Source of the DNA: Candidatus Falkowbacteria bacterium
GTDB lineage: Bacteria; Patescibacteriota; Patescibacteriia; JACRDY01
Direction: 5' to 3'
Length of the DNA stretch: 21,024 nucleotides
Assembly (NCBI GenBank): GCA_016218485.1
Contig: JACRDY010000068.1
Location: 1 to 21,024, forward strand
The notes beneath the pieces are model-generated. The model did no database searches. It saw only the letters and a list, made by a program, of their open reading frames with translations, and had not been told where the DNA came from. The position numbers and the translations under genes are program-made. Of the stretch, positions 1-6,463 are shown piece after piece (within the stretch, counting starts at the first letter, position 1; the number at the start of each line of letters is the position of its first letter).

Positions 1-402
1 GTAATACAGAGACCTCAAGCGTTATCCGGACTTATTGGGCGTAAAGCGTCCGTAGACGGTTGAGTAAGTCAGTGGTCAAATCTTGGAGCTCAACTCCAAG
101 ACCGCCACTGAAACTGCTCGACTAGAGGCCGGAAGAGGCGAGCGGAATTGCCGGTGTAGGGGTAAAATCCGTTAATATCGGCAAGAACACCAAATGCGAA
201 AGCAGCTCGCTGGTACGGCCCTGACGTTCAGGGACGAAAGCGTGGGTAGCGAATGGGATTAGATACCCCAGTAGTCCACGCCGTAAACGATGGGCACTAG
301 GCATTGGAAGTATCGACCCTTTCAGTGCCGCTTCTAAAAAAGCAAACGCGTTAAGTGCCCCGCCTGGGGAGTACGAGCGCAAGCTTAAAACTCAAAGGAA
401 TA

Positions 403-447
<45 letters not shown>

Positions 448-524
448 GTAAGCGAGGAACCTCACCAAGGCTTGACATCCTAGGAATCCACTGGAAACAG
501 AGGAGTGCCTTCGGGAACCTAGAG

Positions 525-566
<42 letters not shown>

Positions 567-638
567 ACCGTTAAGTCGGGAAACGAGCGCAACCCCTATG
601 TCGTGTTACAAGTGTCACGACAAACTGCCCCCGCCTAA

Positions 639-773
639 GCGTATTTACTTCGTAAATGCGCAAATTACGAATTACAAATTACGAATTATTCAGTATCCAG
701 AAAAATCAAGATACCGAAATTCGTCATTCATAATTACTCATTCGTAATTTGCACGTAGCGAAGCGAAGTGCAT
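639..773 (+). repeat. ~135-nt AT-rich insertion in a terminal 16S helix, just upstream of the GGAAGGTGGGGATGACGTCAAGTC block (E. coli ~1160-1175 hairpin). Built from ATTACGAATT-type words and internally palindromic.
   Basis: The flanking stem CCCCCGCCTAAGCG / CATTTAGGCGGGGG encloses tatttacttcgtaaatgcgcaaattacgaattacaaattacgaatt...attcgtcattcataattactcattcgtaatttgc. The equivalent E. coli loop is ~10 nt. The word AATTACGAATTAC recurs in the intergenic spacer at 9316-9350. Confidence 0.5.
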
Positions 774-782
774 TTAGGCGGG

Positions 783-818
<36 letters not shown>

Positions 819-1005
819 CTTACGCCTTGGGCGACACACGTGCTACAATGGCCGGTACAACGGGTTGCCAAACCGCGAGGTGGAGCCAATCCCTAAAAAC
901 CGGTCTCAGTTCGGATTGAGGTCTGCAACTCGACCTCATGAAGTCGGAATCGCTAGTAAACGCGTATCAGCCATGGCGCGTTGAATACGTTCTCGGGTCT
1001 TGTAC

Positions 1006-2038
1006 TCGGATCGCCTGGCAGCGATAGAAAAAAAGACGTGACCTGCCTCCGTTATAACTACGGCAAGGCCAGGAAATCGTCTACAGCGAATTGGAACGCT
1101 GAAAGCAGAGGGCACGTTTTGTCCGCGAGGACAACACGAAGGGCCCATAAGCATTTTGCAGCTTGAGTCCACGTTATAATAATGAAAGAGGTTGACGACC
1201 CATCTGTGAGTACATGGGGAAGTCATCCAATACCACCAAAGCCCTTTCATTATCGGTGGACCGGAGATGTAAAAAAATGTTTTCTTTCGTAACCCAGGGA
1301 GATCTGGCACGAGTCCTCGGAGGTATCCGCGGGACAGAATTTCTGTTCTATGGTAAACTAACCCCGAGGTAGATTAAGAAGTGATTCTTAGTTAATGCTA
1401 TGCCAGAAGTCTGCAGAGCTCGTAGTACCAATCGCCGTCCATTTAGGCGCAATCCTAAATTACAACCGCCGATTGGGAAGGAGCAAATCCAACAAAAACC
1501 GCTTAATCCGCACTACATTGCGGGATTCATAGATGGCGAGGGATCTTTTTCGGTGAGTATTAATCATCATAAAACCCTCACCAGCGGTATTGAAATTAAA
1601 CCGGAGTTTGAAATAGAGCTTCGAGCTGATGATAGGGAAATTCTTGAGCGCATAGTCGCGACCATTGGCTGCGGAAAAGTCTACGATTGCTCATATGAGC
1701 GTTATGGATGGTTCCCGCATGCCAAACTTAAAGTGACGAGTGCAAAAGATTTAGAGGAAAAACTCTTCCCGTTCATTGATCAATACCCCTTGCAAGCAAA
1801 AAAGCGCCAGGTCTATGCCTTATTTCGCGAGATTGTTCTGATGGTGAGAAGTAAGAAACATCTTAGTGAAGAAGGATTGCAAAAAATTCAGCAACTGCGG
1901 AATGAGATGCGAAAATTTGGCAAAAAACATAATTTTGTTGTCAAATTTAACGCTCAGTTGGAAACCGCCAGGATACGGGAAAACCGTTCGTCCGGTGGTG
2001 TCTGACAATAAGTTAGTAATAATTTATTGCATCAAAAA
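1006..2038 (+). other. Group-I-like intron in the 16S rRNA near E. coli position ~1390 (between GGGYCTTGTAC and ACCGCCCGTC). Exact splice junctions were not resolved.
   Basis: The conserved 16S sequence stops at ...gggtcttgtac (1005) and resumes at accgcccgtcacgtcaagg (2039). The intervening ~1 kb carries a LAGLIDADG ORF, which is typical of rRNA group I introns. Confidence 0.6.
1400..2005 (+). CDS. LAGLIDADG homing endonuclease, single-motif type, intron-encoded
   Basis: A 201-aa ORF with the motif NPHYIAGFIDGEGSFSVSI (LAGLIDADG dodecapeptide with the catalytic acidic residue) in its N-terminal part. It is about the size of I-CreI-like homodimeric enzymes and lies wholly inside the 16S interruption. 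Confidence 0.8.
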   Translation: MPEVCRARSTNRRPFRRNPKLQPPIGKEQIQQKPLNPHYIAGFIDGEGSFSVSINHHKTLTSGIEIKPEFEIELRADDREILERIVATIGCGKVYDCSYERYGWFPHAKLKVTSAKDLEEKLFPFIDQYPLQAKKRQVYALFREIVLMVRSKKHLSEEGLQKIQQLRNEMRKFGKKHNFVVKFNAQLETARIRENRSSGGV

Positions 2039-2548
2039 ACCGCCCGTCACGTCAAGGGAGTCGGTAACACCCAAAGTCCACGTTCGTGGGCAAAGGTGGG
2101 ATCGATGACAGGGACGAAGTCGTAACAAGGCATCCGTAGCGGAAGCTGTGGATGGATCACCTCCTTTCTAAGGAGTAACTTCCCGTCAGGCCATTGGCCT
2201 GACGCGGACATACGTGGTCGGTCGGGTTCGATTTATCGGACTCGTTACTCCGGTTAGTTTGAACATATCCCCGTAACCGGCCGCAAGGTCTCTATGGGGT
2301 AAAGGTTTTTATCACTTTTGAGTCGTTAACAATAAAAAATCATCGGCCGATTCGGCGGATGATTTTTTAGATTCAAGATTTAGGAATTAAGAATTAAGAA
2401 TCCAGTGAACGGTTGTTTGAACATAAACACAACCCCACCCTGTCCCTCCCCCTTATGAATAAGGGGGAGAGACTGGTTCGACCATGGACTTCACTAAATT
2501 ATAATTTTAATAGACAAAAACAATCTTAACTGCTAAATTAGTGATACT

Positions 2549-3115
2549 ATGACCGCAGAAACCATGGACTGGCCGCTGCCGATCGCCGAAAAACAGTTTG
2601 ATAACGCCGCGGCAGTGGTAGCTGGGCTGTATACCATTCCCCGCACCGGCTGGGTGCAGCGCGGGGTGGACAACCCGGAAAGTGTCGGGCAGCATACGGA
2701 TGCGCTCGTTACTTTGGCGCGAGAATTAGGGCCGCAGATAGCCGGGCTGGATCAGAAAAAATTAGAACGAATGCTGCAGATTCACGATTGGCCGGAGGCG
2801 CTGGTTGGTGATCAGGTAGCTTTCAGCTCCACAGAAAAACAACAAAAATTTTTAGTAGAAAGGGCCGCGATGCAAAAAATTTGCGCTGCATTAGGAGACG
2901 AGGGAGCGGAAATTATGAACCTGTGGCTGGAGTACACTGATGGCCAGACGGGTGAAGCAAGTATTGCTAAGCAGCTGGATAAACTGCAGGCACTCATGCA
3001 GGCGACCACGTACGAGCGCGCCGGGCAGACGGTGCGAGCACGTGATTTCGTTCACTACCGAGCAATGATTACGCATCCCTTGCTGCGTCAGATGCTGGCT
3101 GAACTGGAAAAATAG
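2549..3115 (+). CDS. HD-domain phosphohydrolase (YfbR/HDDC2-like 5'-deoxynucleotidase family)
   Basis: A 188-aa ORF with an H...HD...D arrangement: RTGWVQRGV-NPESVGQHTDALVTLA ... QIHDWPEALVGD. Confidence 0.6.
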   Translation: MTAETMDWPLPIAEKQFDNAAAVVAGLYTIPRTGWVQRGVDNPESVGQHTDALVTLARELGPQIAGLDQKKLERMLQIHDWPEALVGDQVAFSSTEKQQKFLVERAAMQKICAALGDEGAEIMNLWLEYTDGQTGEASIAKQLDKLQALMQATTYERAGQTVRARDFVHYRAMITHPLLRQMLAELEK

Positions 3116-3337
3116 TTTTTGAAGTTAAAAAAATCGTTGGCAGTGTGCCGGCGGTTTTTTTAACCAGAGAGATAAGAATTAAGATTAAAGATTTAAGAAT
3201 AAATACACCATTCTTAAATTTTTAATCTTATCCCTTAATTCTCCCGCTACTTGACCAATTACCAATTACCAGTAAGATAAGGGTAGGTTTGTCACTATAC
3301 CGTATAATACGGTGCACCAATAGAGGAGGAGGTCACG

Positions 3338-4612
<1,275 letters not shown>

Positions 4613-4647
4613 GGGTCAGGAGGGGAAGTTTTTCGCGAAAATTACAG

Positions 4648-4684
4648 GCCGGGTTCGCAAGGACCCGGCTTGATCTATTTTTTA
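4648..4684 (+). terminator. Candidate intrinsic terminator after purD
   Basis: Hairpin gccgggttcgcaaggacccggc followed by tctatttttt. A second imperfect hairpin plus T-run follows at ~4708-4745. Confidence 0.4.
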
Positions 4685-4854
4685 CTGTTTGGTGGCATCC
4701 CTGCTCGACTCACCCCGCACAATGCGGAGTGGGTGGGTTTTTATTGAATTACTTAAATTCTAAATTCAAAATCCTAAATTCCAAATACTTAAATCATAAA
4801 TTCTAAACACGCAATACCGAGTTTAAGATTTTGGATTTAGGTAGTATGATTCAT

Positions 4855-4911
4855 CCAGCACCTTCCAGAATATCCCGCAGCAAGCTGACGGGATATTCTG
4901 GAAGGTGCTGG
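4855..4911. repeat. Perfect long hairpin / palindromic element, copy 1 of the CCAGCACCTT family
   Basis: ccagcaccttccagaatatcccg-cagcaagctgac-gggatattctggaaggtgctgg, a 23-bp perfect stem. It is itself flanked by an inverted pair of AT-rich word-repeat arms (4745-4800 / 4912-4965). Confidence 0.7.
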
Positions 4912-4990
4912 ATTTATTTAGGATTTTGAATTTTAGGTTTATAATTTAATTCTTAGTTATGGGTAAGTCTCATTCTATAAATTTTCAGAG

Positions 4991-5083
4991 AGCGGGTAGG
5001 GGGAATCGCCAGCTCATCGGCAAAGTCGTGAGCTGATCCGCTAAAGCCCGAAGGGCTATGAGCGGAAACCCCCCTCCAGTTTG
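4991..5083 (-). pseudogene. Partial second copy of the tRNA-Gly 3' portion (anticodon-loop 3' side through the acceptor 3' strand) with a 59-nt structured insertion in the T-loop
   Basis: Minus-strand reading: AAACTGG-AGGGG-GGGGG-TTT[CCGCTCATAGCCCTTCGGGCTTTAGCGGATCAGCTCACGACTTTGCCGATGAGCTGGCG]ATT-CCCCC-TACCCGCT. It matches tRNA-Gly segments on both sides of the insert. The insert has two hairpins, one with a UUCG tetraloop. Confidence 0.5.
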
Positions 5084-5101
5084 CCTGCCCGCCAGAGCCT
5101 C

Positions 5102-5173
5102 AGCGGGTAGGGGGAATTGAACCCCCCTCTCCAGTTTGGAAAACTGGAATAATAACCGCTATACGATACCCGC
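5102..5173 (-). tRNA. tRNA-Gly (anticodon TCC)
   Basis: Reverse complement: GCGGGTA-TC-GTAT-AGCGGTTA-TTAT-T-CCAGT-TTTCCAA-ACTGG-AGAGG-GGGGG-TTCAATT-CCCCC-TACCCGC-T. Cloverleaf with U73 discriminator, closely similar to bacterial tRNA-Gly(UCC). No encoded CCA. Confidence 0.85.
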
Positions 5174-5191
5174 TCAGGCTGAGGCAGGCGG

Positions 5192-5213
5192 GGAAAACTG
5201 GAATAATAATCGC
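5192..5213 (-). pseudogene. Partial copy of the tRNA-Gly D-loop, D-stem 3' strand and anticodon stem/loop up to the anticodon, lying just 5' of the intact tRNA-Gly
   Basis: Minus-strand reading: GCGATTATTATT-CCAGT-TTTCC, against the intact gene GCGGTTATTATT-CCAGT-TTTCC. Together with the 4991-5083 fragment it forms an outer tRNA-Gly-like copy split in the anticodon loop by [spacer + intact tRNA-Gly + spacer]. Confidence 0.45.
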
Positions 5214-5228
5214 TTACCATTATATACA

Positions 5229-5304
5229 TGGTCGGGCCGGCGAGGCTCGAACTCGCGACCTCCTGGTCCCAAACCAGGCGCGCTACCAACTGCGCTACGG
5301 CCCG
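5229..5304 (-). tRNA. tRNA-Pro (anticodon TGG), CCA encoded
   Basis: Reverse complement: CGGGCCG-TA-GCGC-AGTTGGTA-GCGC-G-CCTGG-TTTGGGA-CCAGG-AGGTC-GCGAG-TTCGAGC-CTCGC-CGGCCCG-A-CCA. C1:G72 is typical of tRNA-Pro. Confidence 0.85.
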
Positions 5305-5325
5305 ACCATGTTTTTAATGATGAAA

Positions 5326-5448
5326 GCCGGGACGCGCTTCACCCGCCCAAATTTAGCTCTCATCATTAATGGTATCCGCGATTACCCACCATCGTGTAAT
5401 CAAAACGGACAACGTTTTTGTACCGAGCTAAATTTGGGCGGGTAAACC
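5326..5448 (-). repeat. Copy 1 of a ~125-nt terminally palindromic structured element (candidate ncRNA or MITE), immediately 5' of tRNA-Pro
   Basis: Terminal inverted repeats CACCCGCCCAAATTTAGCTC ... GAGCTAAATTTGGGCGGGTAAACC (~20 bp) enclose internal hairpins (CAAAACG-gacaa-CGTTTTG; GATTAC...GTAATC). Two further copies at 5756-5879 and 6149-6273 show the same organisation. Confidence 0.7.
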
Positions 5449-5465
5449 AACTGCGCTACGGCCCG
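5447..5465 (-). pseudogene. Partial copy of the tRNA-Pro 5' end (acceptor 5' strand through the D-loop), abutting element copy 1
   Basis: Minus-strand reading: CGGGCCGTAGCGCAGTTGG, identical to the first 19 nt of tRNA-Pro, followed directly by the element's TTTACCCGCC end. Confidence 0.5.
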
Positions 5466-5543
5466 TTAATAACAATTAACAGTTAACAATTAACCAGTAA
5501 CAAACAACCAAATATGCTAGTCAATTGTTAAGCGTTAATTTGT

Positions 5544-5640
5544 TAACTGTTAATTGGTGCCGAGGGGCAGAATTGCCCGCTCGTCTTCGCGAGCGGATCC
5601 GCTCAGGCCGAATGGCCATGAGCGGAAACTGCCGACGCTC
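5544..5640 (-). pseudogene. Partial second copy of the tRNA-Phe 3' portion with a ~50-nt structured insertion in the T-loop, and an encoded CCA
   Basis: Minus-strand reading: ...GGCGTC-GGCAG-TT[TCCGCTCATGGCCATTCGGCCTGAGCGGATCCGCTCGCGAAGACGAGCGG]GCAATT-CTGCC-CCTCGGC-A-CCA. The insert shares CCGCTCAT-GCC-TTCGG-C-T-AGCGGATC with the Gly-copy insert. Confidence 0.5.
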
Positions 5641-5662
5641 CCGCCAACTATTCCAGGCAATC

Positions 5663-5734
5663 TGCCGGGGGGCAGAATTGAACTGCCGACGCCATGCTCT
5701 TCAGGCATGCGCTCTACCACTGAGCTACCCCGGC
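5663..5734 (-). tRNA. tRNA-Phe (anticodon GAA)
   Basis: Reverse complement: GCCGGGG-TA-GCTC-AGTGGTA-GAGC-G-CATGC-CTGAAGA-GCATG-GCGTC-GGCAG-TTCAATT-CTGCC-CCCCGGC-A. No encoded CCA. It is flanked by the inverted leader/trailer GCAATCT...AGATTGC. Confidence 0.85.
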
Positions 5735-5755
5735 AGATTGCAAATTATAGTTGTA

Positions 5756-5879
5756 GGCGGGACGCTCTTCACCCGCCCAAATTTAGCTCTAGTAATTAAT
5801 GGTATCTGTGACTCTCTCACGCGCGTGTAATCCAAGCAGATAACGCTTTTGTGCCGAGCTAAATTTAGGCGGGTAAACC
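5756..5879 (-). repeat. Copy 2 of the ~125-nt element, immediately 5' of tRNA-Phe
   Basis: Same terminal inverted repeats (CACCCGCCCAAATTTAGCTC...GAGCTAAATTTAGGCGGGTAAACC). The interior is divergent, but the internal hairpin is kept by different base pairs (AAGC/GCTT versus AAAACG/CGTTTT in copy 1). Confidence 0.7.
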
Positions 5880-5918
5880 AGCCCCGAAGGGGCCCCTTTG
5901 GGGCTGAGCTACCTCGGC
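5880..5918 (-). pseudogene. GC-rich double hairpin plus a 15-nt fragment matching the 5' end of a tRNA-Phe variant
   Basis: Minus-strand reading: GCCGAGGTAGCTCAG-CCCCAAAGGGGCCCCTTCGGGGCTGG. GCCGAGG is exactly complementary to the CCTCGGC acceptor 3' strand of the partial Phe 3' copy at 5544-5640, and not to that of the intact tRNA-Phe (GCCGGGG/CCCCGGC). Confidence 0.45.
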
Positions 5919-5966
5919 TTACCCTGATATCTGAACGGAATATAGTATTAGCAAATAGACTGCATA

Positions 5967-6048
5967 GGGCGTACTTGGATTCCCCGCCTGCCAGCGCCTG
6001 CGGCGCAGCCGTTGGCGGGCAGGGAACCAAGGACCTCGTCATTATCAG
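5967..6048 (-). pseudogene. Partial second copy of the tRNA-Ile 3' portion with a 42-nt GC-rich hairpin insertion in the T-loop
   Basis: Minus-strand reading: CTGATAA-TGACG-AGGTC-CTTGG-TTC[CCTGCCCGCCAACGGCTGCGCCGCAGGCGCTGGCAGGCGGGG]AATCC-AAG-TACGCCC. The insert sits at the same T-loop position (after TTC) as in the Gly and Phe copies. Confidence 0.5.
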
Positions 6049-6066
6049 CTCCGCCCCGCACCAAAA

Positions 6067-6140
6067 TGCGCGTACTTGGATTTGAACCAAGGACCTCGTC
6101 ATTATCAGTGACGCGCTCTAACCAACTGAGCTATACGCGC
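6067..6140 (-). tRNA. tRNA-Ile (anticodon GAT)
   Basis: Reverse complement: GCGCGTA-TA-GCTC-AGTTGGTTA-GAGC-G-CGTCA-CTGATAA-TGACG-AGGTC-CTTGG-TTCAAAT-CCAAG-TACGCGC-A. No encoded CCA. Confidence 0.85.
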
Positions 6141-6148
6141 ATATTGCT

Positions 6149-6273
6149 GCGGGGTGAACGCTCTTCACCCGCCCAAATTTAGCCTTAGTAATTAAGGGTA
6201 ACCGCGATTACTCACCATCGTGTAATCTAAGCGGACAACCTTTTTGTACCGAGCTAAATTTAGGCGGGTAAAC
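6149..6273 (-). repeat. Copy 3 of the ~125-nt element, immediately 5' of tRNA-Ile
   Basis: The terminal inverted repeats and interior are highly similar to copy 1. It is followed at 6274-6313 by the same GC double hairpin and a 5' tRNA fragment GGACGTATAGCTCAG, which pairs with the TACGCCC strand of the partial Ile 3' copy. Confidence 0.7.
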
Positions 6274-6420
6274 CAGCCCCGAAGGGGCCCCTTTGGGGCT
6301 GAGCTATACGTCCGTCATCTAGAGTTTACTGCTAGGGTAGATAAAAATAACTACTCGGCAGTCTAATACAAAACGGTAAAAAAAGCAAGGTACGAGCAGG
6401 CTGATTTAGTCTTAATTTGA

Positions 6421-6449
6421 TTGATTAATTTAGATATTTCGGCTAGTAT
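6421..6449 (+). promoter_or_regulatory. Sigma70-like promoter for mnmA
   Basis: TTGATT, 17-nt spacer, TAGTAT, ending ~15 nt upstream of the ATG at 6464. Confidence 0.45.
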
Positions 6450-6463
6450 GCTAGAGCAGTTTT

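Noticed and set aside
2170-2340. Looked for spacer tRNAs (Ile/Ala) downstream of 16S because of a GGTTCGATT-like motif at ~2225
   Set aside because: No acceptor, D or anticodon arms can be built around it. It is probably part of the rRNA 3' processing stem.
5229-5308. Possibility that tRNA-Pro is encoded on the + strand, since + also reads CGGGCCG...CGGCCCGACCA
   Set aside because: The acceptor stem is self-complementary, so both strands look plausible at the ends. Only the minus strand gives a proper D-arm (GTAGCGCAGTTGGTAGCGC), anticodon arm (CCTGG-TTTGGGA-CCAGG) and T-arm (GTTCGAGC).
5056-6102. ORFs 5056-5289 -, 5136-5369 +, 5525-5830 +, 5554-5799 +, 5725-6102 -, 5849-6085 + in the tRNA region
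   Set aside because: They overlap intact tRNA genes and the GC-rich palindromic elements. The open frames come from GC-rich hairpin sequence.
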